Positions 13,845 through 28,890 are shown, counted from the first letter of the stretch. The stretch is DNA of 64,000 nt from Eledone cirrhosa (GCA_964016885.1 OZ024765.1:2232001-2296000); one strand, 5' to 3'. A program made the numbers and translations. Notes: generated by a model from the sequence alone, not told the origin.

Positions 13845-14420
13845 TCAACAGAGCATATAGAGACCAGAAAATATAAGAAATATAAAATAAACTATGCATA
13901 AATATAACAAAATAAATTCCCCAATAGGGGGCAGGTGGTCAACCCAGGGATGACTCAGGTACCTCACCAATCCTGAACCACCCGGCGCTAATAATATTTC
14001 ATTTATTGGCCACAAAGGCAGACATGTAGGGACAATACAAAAGTCAGGGACAGTGGGGGGTTTACATATACAACGTGTAAACAATATAAATAACAATAAC
14101 AAAATAACAATAAAAATACAAGGATAATTCCCCAATAGGGGGGGGGGGGGTTGACTCGGGTACCCCACCAATCCTGAACAACCCGACGCTTCGTGGGCAC
14201 CCGGGAAGGGCACCCCTCTCCTCCTCAAATTCACCCACCTACAGGCGCATGATCAGAGTAGTCCTACTCACACGGGCCATTCTCGCCACATTCACCCACC
14301 TTTCAGCAAATGTACTGGGGTGGGGTGGGGTGGGGGTTCATCACTTACCTCTCCACCCTGCACTCACAATAGTAATAGAAAAAGTCCTCCCCTCCCAACC
14401 GCCTCTCACACAATTGAAAC
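13845..14420 (-). mobile_element. L1/Tx1-like LINE 3' end (ORF2 C-terminus plus 3' UTR, with partial UTR duplication)
   Basis: Minus strand encodes ...STFAERWVNVARMARVSRTTLIMRL* (stop at 14239-14241). The UTR has a duplicated CCCCAATAGGGGG block and AATAAA near 14005. Confidence 0.6.
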
Positions 14421-14504
14421 CTTGTTATTAACTTGTTACAATGTCATTAAAATGTCATTTGAAACTAGTATTTATCTAACTCTCGTCTCATCTCACTCTA
14501 CACA

Positions 14505-15000
14505 CTTCTTCTTCTTCTAATCTTGCGGCTTCTTCTTCTTCTTCTTCTTCTTCTTCTTCTCCACTCTTTCTTTAACTTTTTTTGCTTTGCCTTCGCCTTG
14601 TTAGTCTTCGGTTTCTTCTTGACTTCCTTGAGTTCTTCTTCACCATCTCTGCCTTCTTCTTTGCATTCTTCTTCGCCATCTCTGCCTTCTTCTTTGCATT
14701 CTTCTTCACCATCTCTGCCTTCTTCTTCTTCGTCTTCATTTTCTTCTTTGCCTTCTTCTTCACCATCTCTGCCTTCTTCTTTGCCTTCTTCTTCACCATC
14801 TCTGCCTTCTTCTTTGCATTCTTCTTCACCATCTCTGCCTTCTTCTTCTTCGTCTTCATTTTCTTCTTTGCCTTCTTCTTCACCATCTCTGCCTTCTTCT
14901 TTGCCTTCTTCTTCACCATCTCTGCCTTCTTCTTTGCATTCTTTGCATTCTTCTCCTTTGAATTCTTGTTTTTCCCCCCACTTTCTTCTTTGTCCACTTA
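14505..15000. repeat. (TTC)n-derived ~30-bp minisatellite abutting the RTE 3' end
   Basis: Units TTCTTCTTCACCATCTCTGCCTTCTTCTTTGC. Lines 14701 and 14821 show an identical 120-bp higher-order duplication. Confidence 0.9.
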
Positions 15001-15345
15001 TTCCTGAAAGGGCCGTGATGGGGACAGAGTCCTCAAACCCTCCTTCCTGTAGGTCCAGTCAGAAGCAAACGTCTCCAACTGATCCGGCTAGATCCCCAAG
15101 TGAGACCAGACAAGCTCATGGATGTTATCCAGCCTTCAATTTCTTCTTCTTTGTCCACATATTCTTAAGGGGGGGGGGTCGTGATGAGAGCAGAGTCCTC
15201 AAACCCTCCTTCCAGCGGGTCCTGTCAGAAGCAACCGTCTCCATCTGATCCGGCTGGATCCCCTAAGCTAGACCAGCCAAGCTCAAGGATGTTATCCAAC
15301 CATCTTGCTCAGGGTCTACTCCTGGGTCTCCCACCAATTCCATTG
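15000..15345 (-). mobile_element. RTE-type LINE 3' end, tandemly duplicated
   Basis: Two ~130-160 bp copies. Minus strand reads GRPRSRP*ARWLDNI.ELGWS.LG...METVASDRTRWKEGLRTL. Same family as 36750-37360. Confidence 0.7.
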
Positions 15346-15963
15346 CTTTGCTAAAAAGATGGCGTCGGATAAAGATGGTGGAAGGAAACATTAGCATGAC
15401 ATTAGAAAAGTTGTACGACTTTACAAGGTATACTTTCAAATTTAACAGATAAACACATCAAAATTAAAGTCCACCTACCTGAATCCAGTTCTGTTCGTCC
15501 GACATCTAGAGTTTTCCGAGGAGAGGGACGGAAGTGGAACGCCACCTGCGTAAAAGACACGTTTTAGAGTTTCAAAATGGCTGATAGAATCTCGCATTTC
15601 ATATATTTTCACTTAAAACAGAGATTGTGTGTGTATGTATGTGTGTGTGTGTGTATATATATATTTATATATAAATATATATACGCACCTACATATATAG
15701 ACACACACACATACATGTATATATACATAGATATACACATATATATATATTTACGCATACATATATATATACATACTTATATATATAAATATACATATAT
15801 ATACATACTTATATATATATACATATACTTATATACATATATACACACACACATATGTATACACATATACATATATATATATATACATACATATATACAC
15901 ACATACACGCACGTTAAGGGTGAAAGCAGCGATTCTTTGCTTAAACTTTAATCTGTTATTTTA

Positions 15964-16020
<57 letters not shown>

Positions 16021-16266
16021 GTTATAATTTGATCGTTAGTTTCATAGTCTGTACAACTTGCATGAATGTTCCCGCGTCATGTTCCTCACGTGACTGAGTC
16101 TCGTCGGATGGCGGTCGGGTGACGCGTTGACGTGTGGCGGTGTCGAGCTGTAGGGGTCACATGACTGCCACTCAAAACCAATCAAACTCTGTCGCCATTG
16201 CTATAGCGTTCTGTACCACACATACGCCTTCTTTTGATTTACTACTACTACTACTACTACTACTAT

Positions 16267-16297
<31 letters not shown>

Positions 16298-16679
16298 GCT
16301 ACTACTATTACTACAACAACTACTATTACTACAACTACTACTGCTACTACTACTATTATGCTACTACTACTGCTACTGCTGCTACTACTGCTACTACTAC
16401 TACTACTGCTAGTACTGCTACTACTACTACTACTACTACTACTGAATCTCAGGAAGCATGATATATACACATATGTGTGTGTGTGTGTCTATATATATAT
16501 TTGTGTGTGTGTGTCGGTGTGTGTATATCTATATATGTGTGTATGTATGTAGTAATACTAATCAAACCAAAATCCAAGATGGCAGCCCTCTCCCTGTAAT
16601 ATTAGTTATTGCAGTCAACATTTAATTTAAACTGGAAAAGTAAATTAAAGATTTTCTTTGTCATTCAGTTCCTCTTCCG

Positions 16680-17384
16680 TACTACAAACTACTTAACACA
16701 GTACAGTACACTTACTATTGGTTTACTACTGCTGCTGCTACTGCTACTACTGCTACTACTACTGCTACTACTGCTACTACTGCTACTACTACTACTGCTA
16801 CTACTGCTACTACTACTACTGCTACTACTACTACTACAAACTACTTAACACAGTACAGTACAATTACTATTGGTTTACTGCTGCTGCTGCTACTACTGCT
16901 ACTACTGCTACTACTGCTACTACTACTACTACTACTACTACTACTGCTACTACTACTACAAACTACTTAACACAGTACAGTACAATTACTATTGGTTTAC
17001 TGCTGCTGCTGCTACTACTGCTACTACTGCTGCTACTGCTGCTGCTGCTACTACTGCTACTACTTAACACAGTACAGTACAATTACTATTGGTTTACTGC
17101 TACTGCTACTACTGCTGCTGCTACTGCTGCTGCTGCTACTACTGCTACTACTTAACACAGTACAGTACAATTACTATTGGTTTACTGCTACTGCTACTAC
17201 TGCTACTGCTACTACTGCTGCTGCTACTGCTGCTACTACTGCTACTACTTAACACAGTACAGTACAATTACTATTGGTTTACTGCTACTGCTACTACTGC
17301 TGCTGCTACTGCTGCTGCTGCTACTGCTACTACTACTGCTACTACTTAACACAGTACAGTACAATTACTATTGGTTTACTGTTA

Positions 17385-17416
<32 letters not shown>

Positions 17417-17470
17417 ACTACTGCTGCTACTACTACTACTGCTGCTGCTGCTGCTACTACTACTACTACT
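16680..17470. repeat. Minisatellite: constant ~38-bp unit separated by variable (CTA/CTG)n tracts
   Basis: ACTTAACACAGTACAGTACAATTACTATTGGTTTACTG occurs 7 times (16691-17380). Confidence 0.9.
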
Positions 17471-17496
17471 CAATATTCTTGCTCTTTATAATTGTT

Positions 17497-17670
17497 GACC
17501 CTGTGCATCGTCGGACAACATAGAGTTACGGCCCTTTACGGTCTGAGGTTAACTTTGCCTTTCATCTTTACGGGGGTCGATAAAATAAAGTACCAGTAAT
17601 ACACTGGGTCGATTTAATGAACTTTCCCTTCCTCTTCAAATTGTTGGTCTCCTGAATAAATCTGAAATCA
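17497..17670 (+). mobile_element. SINE family A
   Basis: GAGGTTAACTTTGCCTTTCATC...GGGGTCGATAAAATAAAGTACCAGTAATACACTGGG. Confidence 0.75.
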
Positions 17671-17884
17671 TTATTATGACCACTCTCATTAATGGAGAAT
17701 TTGGCCAGCAATGTTAGTATAGAGGGGGAGGGTGGAGGGGGGAGGGGACGGTGAGGCGAACAAATGAATTTAAAGTGAGAAATAACACAAGAACCAGGTA
17801 ACTCTCTCTATATATAATCAATAATAGATTCCATTAAGATTCTAAGACGGAACGAATGGAAATTGTACTTCAACATACATATAT

Positions 17885-18061
<177 letters not shown>

Positions 18062-18389
18062 TATATATATATATATGTATATAATCACACGCACACACAT
18101 ATATATATGTATATATATATATATAATCACACGCACTAATACATAGACACATACACCCACACACACGGACTAACACATATAACTATATACACGCAATGTT
18201 CCACATACAAGAACACACACTTGTGCACATACACATATACACAATGATCCACATACATGAATACACATATATACACACACACACACACATACTGATACAC
18301 ATATACATTGGAATACACACATACGCACACTCACAAAAACCAATACACATACACAAATACATACACACATCAATACATATATACACTAG

Positions 18390-19105
18390 TACACAAACCA
18401 ATATACATACATACACACCAATATACACACACACACACACCAATATACATACACACACACACCAATATACATACACACACACCAATATACATACACACAC
18501 ACCAATACACAAACGTACACAGCAATATACATACACACCAATATACATACATACACACACCAATATACATACACACACACACCAATATACATACACACAC
18601 ACACCAATATACATACACACACACCAATATACATACATACACACCAATACACAAACGAACACACCAATATACATACACACACACCAATATACATACACAC
18701 ACACCAATATACATACACACACACCAATATACATACATACACACCAATATACATACACACACACCAATATACATACACACACACCAATATACATACACAC
18801 ACACCAATATACATACATACACACCAATATACATACACACACACCAATATACATACACACACACCAATATACATACACACACACCAATATACATACATAC
18901 ACACCAATACACAAACGAACACACCAATATACATACACACACACCAATATACATACACACACACCAATATACATACACACACACCAATATACATACACAC
19001 ACACCAATATACATACACACACACCAATATACATACACACACACCAATATACATACACACACACCAATATACATACACACACACCAATATACATACATAC
19101 ACACA
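18390..19105. repeat. 20-bp minisatellite ACACCAATATACATACACAC
   Basis: Direct tandem units. Confidence 0.95.
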
Positions 19106-19231
19106 CCATGGCCCAAGTGAATGGGTTTGCTCAGAATGTGGGTCAGTAGATGGGAGGAGCACAAATGGAAGAGGGCCGTTGCTCCTGTGGTCAGTATGGC
19201 AGGGCCTTTTCTGGGCTTTCTTTACAAGTGA

Positions 19232-22200
19232 CCCAACCATTCGCTAACAAACGCTAACAATCACCTAACCATTCTCCAACCAATCACCTAACCATTCACC
19301 AACCATCACCTAACCATTCTCCAACCATCACCTAACCATTCTCCAACCATCACCTAACCATTCTCCAACCATCACCTAACCATTCTCCAACCATCACCTA
19401 ACCATTCGTTAAACAATAACCTAACCATTCTCCAACCAATCACCTAACCATTCGCCAACCATCACCTAACCATTCGCCAACCATCACCTAACCATTCTCC
19501 AACCATCACCTAACCATTCTCCAACCATCACCTAACCATTCTCCAACCATCACCTAACCATTCTCCAACCAATCACCTAACCATTCGCCAACCATCACCT
19601 AACCATTCGCCAACCATCACCTAACCATTCTCCAACCATCACCTAACCATTCTCCAACCATCACCTAACCATTCTCCAACCATCACCTAACCATTCGCCA
19701 ACCATCACCTAACCATTCGCCAACCATCACCTAACCATTCGCTAAACAATCACCTAACCATTCTCCACCCATCACCTAACCATTCGCTAAACAATCACCT
19801 AACCATTCTCCAACCATCACCTAACCATTCGCTAAACAATCACCTAACCATTCGCTAAGCATCACCTAACCATTCTCCACCCATCAACTAACCATTCTCC
19901 AACCATCACCTAACCATTCTCCAACCATCACCTAACCATGCTCTGACCATCACCTAACCATTCGCTAAACAATCACCTAACCATTCGCCAACCATCACCT
20001 AACCATTCGCCAACCATCACCAAACCATTCGCTAAACAATCACCTAACCATTCGCCAACCATCACCTAACCATTCTCCAACCAATCACCTAACCATTCGC
20101 CAACCATCACGTAACCATTCGCCAACCATCACCTAACCATTCTCCAACCATCACCTAACTATTCTCCACCCATCACCTAACCATTCTCCAACCATCACCT
20201 AACCATTCGCCAACCATCACCTAACCATTCTCCAACCAACACCTAACCATTCTCCAACCATCACCTAACCATTCGCTAAACAATCACCTAACCATTCTCC
20301 ACCCATCACCTAACCATTCGCTAAACAATCACCTAACCATTCTCCAACCATCACCTAACCATTCGCTAAGCATCACCTAACCATTCTCCACCCATCACCT
20401 AACCATTCTCCAACCATCAACTAACCATGCTCTAACCATCACCTAACCATTCGCTAAACAATCACCTAACCATTCGCCAACCATCACCTAATCATTCGCT
20501 AAACAATCACCTAACCATTCGCCAACCATCACCTAACCATTCTCCACCCATCACCTAACCATTCTCCAACCATCACCTAACCATTCTCCAACCATTCACC
20601 TAACCATTCGCCAACCATCACCTAACCATGCTCTAACCATCCGCTAAACAATCACCTAACCATTCTCCACCCATCACCTAACCATTCTCCAACCATCAAC
20701 TAACCATGCTCTAACCATCACCTAACCATTCGCTAAACAATCACCTAACCATTCGCCAACCATCACCTAACCATTCGCCAACCATCACCTAACCATTCGC
20801 CAACCATCACCTAACCATTCTCCAACCATCACCTAACCATTCTCCACCGATCACCTAACCATTCTCCAACCATCACCTAACCATTCGCCAACCATCACCT
20901 AACCATTCTCCAACCATCACCTAACCATTCTCCAACCATCACCTAACCATTCGCCAACCATCACCTAACCATTCGCTAAACAATCACCTAACCATTCTCC
21001 ACCCATCAATAACCATTCGCTAAACAATCACCTAACCATTCTCCAACCATCACCTAACCATTCGCTAAACAATCACCTAACCATTCGCTAAGCATCACCT
21101 AACCATTCTCCACCCATCACCTAACCATTCTCCAACCATCACCTAACCATTCTCCAACCATCACCTAACCATTCGCTAAACAATCACCTAACCATTCGCC
21201 AACCATCACCTAACCATTCGCTAAACAATCACCTAACCATTCGCCAACCATCACCTAACCATTCTCCACCCATCACCTAACCATTCTCCAACCATCATCT
21301 AACCATTCGCTAAACAATCACCTAACCATTCGCCAACCATCACCTAACCATTCGCTAAACAATCACCTAACCATTCGCCAACCATCACCTAACCATTCTC
21401 CAACCATCACTTAACCATTCGCTAAACAATCACCTAACCATTCTCCAACCATTCACCTAACCATTCGCCAACCATCACCTAACCATGCTCTAACCATCCG
21501 CTAAACAATCACCTAACCATTCGCCAACCATCACCTAACCATTCGCCAACCATCACCTAACCATTCTCCACCCATCACCTAACCATTCTCCAACCATCAC
21601 CTAACCATTCGCTAAACAATCACCTAACCATTCTCCAACCATCACCTAACCATTCTCCACCCATCACCTAACCATTCTCCAACCATCACCTAACCATTCT
21701 CCAACCATCACCTAACCATTCTCCAACCATCACCTAACCATTCGCCAACCATCACCTAACCATTCTCTAACCATCACCTAACCATTCGCCAACCATCACT
21801 TAACCATTCGCCAACCATCACCTAACCATGCTCCAACCATCACCTAACCATTCTCCAACCATCACCTAACCATTCTCCAACCATCACCTAACCATTCGTC
21901 AACCATCACCTAACCATTCTACAACCATCACCTAACCATTCTCCAACCATCACCTAACCATTCTACAACCATCACCTAACCATTCTCCAACCATCACCTA
22001 ACCATTTGCCAACCATCACCTAACCATTCTCCAACCATCACCTAACCATTCTCCAACCATCACCTAACCATTCTCCAACCATCACCTAACCATTCTCCAC
22101 CCATCACCTAACCATTCTCCACCCATCACCTAACCATTCTACAACCATCACCTAACCATTCTCCAACCATCACCTAACCATTCGTCAACCATCACCTAAC

Positions 22201-23101
22201 CATTCTCCAACCATCACCTAACCATTCTCCAACCATTCGCCAACCATCACCTAACCATTCTCCAACCATCACCTAACCATTCCTTAACCATCACCTAACC
22301 ATTCTCCAACCATCACCTAACCATTCTCCAACCATCACCTAACCATTCTACAACCATCACCTAACCATTCTCCAACCATCACCTAACCATTCTACAACCA
22401 TCACCTAACCATTTTCTAACCATCACCTAACTATTCTCCAACCATCACCTAACCATTCGTCAACCATCACCTAACCATTCTACAACCATCACCTAACCAT
22501 TCTCCAACCATCACCTAACCATTCTCCAACCATCACCTAACCATTCGCCAACCATCACCTAACCATTCTCTAACCATCACCTAACCATTCTCCAACCATC
22601 ACTTAACCATTCGCCAACCATCACCTAACCATTCTCCTACCATCACCTAACCATTCTACAACCATCACCTAACCATTCTCCAACCATCACCTAACCATTC
22701 GTCAACCATCACCTAACCATTCTACAACCATCACCTAACCATTCTCCAACCATCACCTAACCATTCTACAACCATCACCTAACCATTCTCCTACCATCAC
22801 CTAACCATTCGCGAACCATCACCTAACCATTCTCCTACCATCACCTAACCATTCTACAACCATCACCTAACCATTCTCCAACCATCACCTAACCATTCGC
22901 CAACCATCACCTAACCATTCTCCAACCATCACCTAACCATTCTACAACCATCACCTAAGCATTCTCCAACCATCACCTAAGCATTCTCCAACCATCACCT
23001 AACCATTCTCCACCCATCACATAACCATTCGCCAACCATCACCTAACCATTCTCCACCCATCACCTAACCATTCTCCACCCATCACATAACCATTCGCTA
23101 A
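19232..23101. repeat. 3.9-kb 22-bp satellite (CCATCACCTAA CCATTCTCCAA)n, about 175 units
   Basis: Tandem dimer of two related 11-mers. Minus strand reads TTGGAGAATGG TTAGGTGATGG. Confidence 0.97.
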
Positions 23102-23194
23102 AACAATGATATATATATATTAATATATAAAAATAAAGTCAAGTATATATAAAATAAAGTCAGAATTAGTGTGGTAGAGACTAATTCGGGCTGT

Positions 23195-23235
23195 CTGAAG
23201 AGGTCACAGCCAAAGATGGCTGTCACCGAAATATA
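23195..23235 (+). ncRNA. Hammerhead-like core (stem I not recovered)
   Basis: CTGAAGA ggtcacagcc aaagat ggctgtcacc GAAA ta TA. Stem II pairs at 9 of 10 positions. Confidence 0.5.
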
Positions 23236-23359
23236 AATTTTAAACATTTGACTCTTTATTTTACATTACACCGGAGTAACCAAACCAACCTGCGCGCTTC
23301 GTCGAGTGCTTCTGCCTGCACACACAGGTGTGGTATACAACCAACATATACTCAAAATT

Positions 23360-23533
23360 TAATATATATCTTCTTCGTCTTCCGTTCCATTGTGAAGATG
23401 AGAATTTGACAAAAATTTATCAGCATTTTCCTAGCTTATTCGTTCATTCGTTCCACAACAATTCCATTTTTTTCTCTTTCCTTTTCTTTTCATTTATTCC
23501 TTCTTTTCTTTCTTTCTTTCGTTCTTTCCTTCG

Positions 23534-23577
<44 letters not shown>

Positions 23578-24050
23578 TGTTCGCCGTCCGTTCCGGTGTG
23601 AAGAAGGACATTTTGACGAAAATTTAACAGCATTTTCCTAGCTTTCTCGTTCGTTCGTTTATTCATTCCAGCAACAAATACTTTTTCTTCTTTCTTCTCA
23701 TTTATTTCTTCTATTTCTTTCTTTTGTTCTTCCCTTCGCCTTACATATATATATATATATATATATACATATATATATGTATATACATATACCATATATA
23801 TTTATATATATAAATATCTTGTCCGTTTTGAAGAAGGGCAGTTAGACGAAAATTTATCACCATTTTCCTACCTTCGTTTATTCATTCCACAACAAATCCT
23901 TTTTCTTCTTTCTTCTCATTTATTTATTCTGTTTCTTTCATTCTCTCTTTCTTTCATTCTTCCCTTCGCTTTTTTTCTTCTTCTTTCTTCTATATATCTT
24001 GTTGGTCGTTCCGTTGTGAAGACGGGCAGTTTGACGGAAATTAAAATCAC
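23360..24050. repeat. Four diverged ~180-240 bp tandem units
   Basis: ATATCTTG..CGTCCGTTCC..TGTGAAGA...TTTGACGAAAATTT recurs at ~23366, 23572, 23815 and 23994. Confidence 0.75.
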
Positions 24051-24348
24051 CGTCTGAAGTAAAGTATAGTTGTGATGAAAGTTCTGTTGAAGACACTCAA
24101 ACACTACTTGTGCCTGTCAATATTACAGCCAATTCTTTGCCAAGCAGCGCCACCACCTGTCAAAATCGTTCCCCAAACCACACCACCCTATTTTTTTCTT
24201 CTCTCTTTCACACTCTGTGTGTGTGTATGTGTGTGTGTATGTGTGTGTGTGTGTGTGTATGTGTGTGTGTGTGTGTGCGTACGGACGTACCTGTAGGTGT
24301 ATGAATGCGTGTTTGCTGTGTGTGAAAGGAAAAGAGAAACAGTGAGAG

Positions 24349-24407
<59 letters not shown>

Positions 24408-24451
24408 ATAGACGTGTGCATATCTCTACATCCATACAAACACACAGACAT

Positions 24452-24502
<51 letters not shown>

Positions 24503-24637
24503 AATATATGCACATATATTTACAAATATATGTGCATATATTTACACGCACGCATGCATACATACGTATATATATATATATATAAGGGTTTTCTGCGTAC
24601 ATGCATATGTGTGTGTGTATATAGCATTGAATAGGTG

Positions 24638-24704
<67 letters not shown>

Positions 24705-24789
24705 TATTGTAATCCTTTAGCCATCACTTAGTCTCGTATATTTGATTTGGTTGCTACTATCTCTCATATTCTATCTCATTATATATATG

Positions 24790-24889
<100 letters not shown>

Positions 24890-25635
24890 TGTATATATAT
24901 GTATATATGTATATATATATATATATGTATATATATGTATACATATATACATATATAGACATATATAGACACATATGTAAATATATGCACACATATACAC
25001 ACATATAGATACATGTATATACATATATACACATGCAATATATACATATTCACATATACATATATACACACACATATATATATACACATATATATATACA
25101 CACACACATATATATATATACACACATATATATACACATATACATATATAGACACACATATATATACACGCACATATATATATATACACACATACATATA
25201 TATATATACACACACACACACATATACGTATACACACATATACGTATACACATATACGTATACACATACACACACATATATATATATTATATATATTCGA
25301 CCACCATTTTCTCTCAAGCTGGTTGGCAGAAACCTTTAGTGAAAAAGCAGACGACAGCCAGAGAGGTCTCGCTCCATTTTACCTTTCAAAAGAAGATAAT
25401 CACACAAACTACAATACTACCACCACTACTACTACTACTGCTGCTGCTTCTACTCGTACTACTACTACTACTGCTACTGCTGCTGCTACTACAACTGCTA
25501 CTACTACCATCACCACCACCACTACTACTACTTACTACTGCTGCTGCTACTACTGCTACTACTACTACTGCTACTACCACCACCACCACCACTACTACTA
25601 CTACTACCACTACTCCTACCACCACTTTATCAATT

Positions 25636-26322
25636 ATCCCCAGTCTATTACTGGTACTTTATTTTATCGACCCCGTAAGGATGAAAGGTAAAGTTAACCT
25701 CGGCGGGAATTTGAACTCAGATCATAAAGGGCCGTAACACTATGCTGCAAATGATGTTTCCGATTTAGGTACAAGGGCAAACAATTTTAGGGGAGGGTAG
25801 AGTCGATTAAATCGACCTCAGTACATTACTGATACTTTATTTTATCGACACCCCTAAGGATGTAAAGCAAAGCAAAGGTAACCTCGCCTGGATTTGAACT
25901 CAGAACGGAACGATAAATGTAATAATTGTTTCTACTGTTGGCACAAGGCCAGCAATTACCCCAGTGTATTACTGGTACTTTATTTTATCGACCCTGTAAG
26001 GATGAAAGGCAAAGTTAACCTCGGCGGGATTTGAACTCAGAATGGCAAGGGCCGTAACTCTATGCGTTAAATGTAATAATTGTTTCTACTGTTGGCACAA
26101 GGCCAGCAATTACCCAGTGCATTACTGGTACTTTATTTTATCGACCTCGTAAGGATGAAAGGCTAAGTCAACCTCGGCGGGAAAAAGTCTACCACACTTG
26201 TTGAGGCTTACATCTTGGTTGTTGAAAGACGCTTTTAAGCGTGGCTTTAAAGTTAATCCAAGTAAACTCCTCCCAAAATTAACCTCTGTGGGATTTGAAC
26301 TCAAACCATAAAGGGCCGTAAA
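25636..26322 (-). mobile_element. Tandem cluster of 4-5 SINE family A copies
   Basis: Repeated CCCCAGTGTATTACTGGTACTTTATTTTATCGACC...AACCTCGGCGGGATTTGAACTCAG. Confidence 0.85.
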
Positions 26323-28223
26323 TGTTGGAAGATCTTAATTCAAATAGGAACCCTGTAAAACGAGTGGGGGACTTCATAGAACCAGATGTGGCTTGGGCCG
26401 GGTTAGTAACAAAAGGGTTGATGAAAATTTTGAGGGATTTCCTAAAATAATTGATTTCTTCAATACTACCACCATTACCCCCAAATGCTCTCTTTCCCCA
26501 CCTCTGAATATCCCCTAAACACCACCACCATACCACATGGCCACCACCACCACCACTACTACTTCTATTACCACTACTGTGACCACTACTACTAGCACTA
26601 CTATTACTACCACCACCACCACCACCACTACTACTACAACTGTTACTACTACTACCACAACTACTACTACTACTATTACTACTACCACCACTACTGTTAC
26701 TACTACTACTACTATTGCCACTACCACTATTACTACTTCCACCACTACTACAACTACCACCATCACCACCACCACCACAACCACTACTTTTACTACTACT
26801 ACCACCACTACAACTACCACCACCACCACTACTACTACAACCACCACTACAACTACCACCACCACCACTACTACTACCACCACCACCACTACTACTACCA
26901 CCACTACAACTACCACCACCACCGCCACTACTACAACAACCACCATCACCACCACCACCACCACAACCACCACCACTACCACCACCACCACTACTACTAC
27001 TACCACCACCACCGCCAATACTACTACCACCACCACCACCACCACTACAACTACCACCACCATCACTACCACCACCACCACCACCACCACCACCACTACT
27101 ACTACTAATGATGAACCAATAAACAAACAACAACAAAAACAAAACAAGGTGTAATAAATAAAACCCAGACTGATACGGAGACGAGAATGGAGACGAGAGT
27201 TGGGTGGGGCTAGGCGAGAGTTGGGGTGGGGTTAGGCGAGAGTGAAGACGAGAGTATTGTCCGTAGTTTAGCGAGATTTGACACATGAGTGACAGTTTTA
27301 ATATTGAGAATTTCTATAAAAAAATAAGTCTTTAGATTTGAACTTTCTTCTTGGTAATAGAGATTTTTACATTAATTCGGGGGTGGCGTCGTGGTGGTGG
27401 TGTGGTGGTGGTGTATGGTAGTGTGGTGGTGGTGTATGGTGGTGTGGTGGTGGTATGGTGTGGTGGTGCTGGTGATGGTGTGGTGGTGGTATGGTGTGGT
27501 GGTGGTGGTGGTGTGGTGGTGGTGTATGGTAGTGTGGTGGTGGTGTATGGTGGTGTGGTGGTGGTATGGTGTGGTGGTGCTGGTGATGGTGTAGTGGTGG
27601 TATGGTGTGGTGCTGGTGTAGTGGTGGTGGTGTGGTGGTGTAGGGTGGTGTGGTGGTGCTGGTGATGGTGTAGTGGTGGTATGGTGTGGTATGGTGCTGG
27701 TGATGGTATGGTGTGGTGGTGGTGTAGTGGTGGTGGTGTGGTGGTGGTAGTGGTGGTGGTGTGGTGGTGTAGGGTGGTGTGGTGGTGCTGGTGGTGTGGT
27801 GGTGGTAGTGGTGGTGGTGGTTGTGGTGGTGGTGTGGTGGTGATGGTGGTGGGGTATTGGTGGTACTGGTGGTGTGTGGTGGTGTGGTGGTGTGTGGTGA
27901 TGGTGGTGGTGTGTGGTGGTGTGTGGTGATGGTGGTGGTGTGTGGTGATGGTGGTAGTGGCGGTGTATTGGTAGTGGTGGTGGTGTGGGGCTAGATGGTG
28001 AAGGGACGTAGTGGTGTGGCGGTGTAGGGGTTGTAGAAGACACTGATGTGTTTATGGGGGGGTACTAGTGTTGTGGCATTTAGAGGGCCAGCTTTTGTTA
28101 CAAAGTGTGTAACACTGAATCTCTCTGAGAACTACGTAAAGGGTCACAATTAACAGGGGTATACTCAGCCACTTACACGGTACGTCCACAAGCCCAATAG
28201 ACGATATATATATATATATATAC

Positions 28224-28890
28224 GAATAAAATTAGTCCTTCATCAGTGATCTTCCAACTTTCATTGGTATTTCATCGCTTTTTAAAGCGAAGAAATACCA
28301 ATGAAGGTTGGAAGATCACTGATGAAGGACTAATTTTATTCATATGTAACCCATGTGCAACCACGCAGCACGCCATTTTTCTCATATTTATATTTTTTCC
28401 TCAGCTGCGATTGTCTGTTTCTTTCTTACTGCTTACCCTCTCTCTGTATCTCTCACCTTCTTTTTACCCCCTCTGCCAGTCACACTCTCTCTCGGGTGGT
28501 CTCTTCCTCACACTTCCACTCACTCTCTGCTTCTCCCCCTCTCTCACTTCCTCCCGTTTGACCTGTGTGAAATCCTTTTCTCGCTCACATCTCACCCATG
28601 TCGGAAGGTCTGTATCTCTCGTCCATGAATTCACCAAACTTAGGCTTACAGATATCATGTACTTGTCTCTTCCTATCTTTCCGTTGCCATACCATCTTTG
28701 TTTGTTTACATGTCTCGCTCGTTTCACCCTATTTTACTTGTCCCAATAACTGTATTTAGTTATTGCTCGCACCAACCAGAGGTATCTGATGTTTAAAGTG
28801 ATGAAATACCAATGAAAATTGGAAGATCACTGATGAAGGACTAATTTTATTCATATCTAACCCATGTGCAACCACGCAGCACTCCATTTT

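Noticed and set aside
14572-14997. Lys-rich histone-H1/protamine-like ORF
   Set aside because: Translation of the (GAA)n-derived minisatellite at an RTE tail.
16680-17400. CRISPR-like repeat-spacer array
   Set aside because: Spacers are low-complexity triplet tracts, the context is eukaryotic, and there are no cas genes.
19232-23101. True telomere
   Set aside because: Internal position, and not the (TTAGGG)n expected for most non-arthropod animals.
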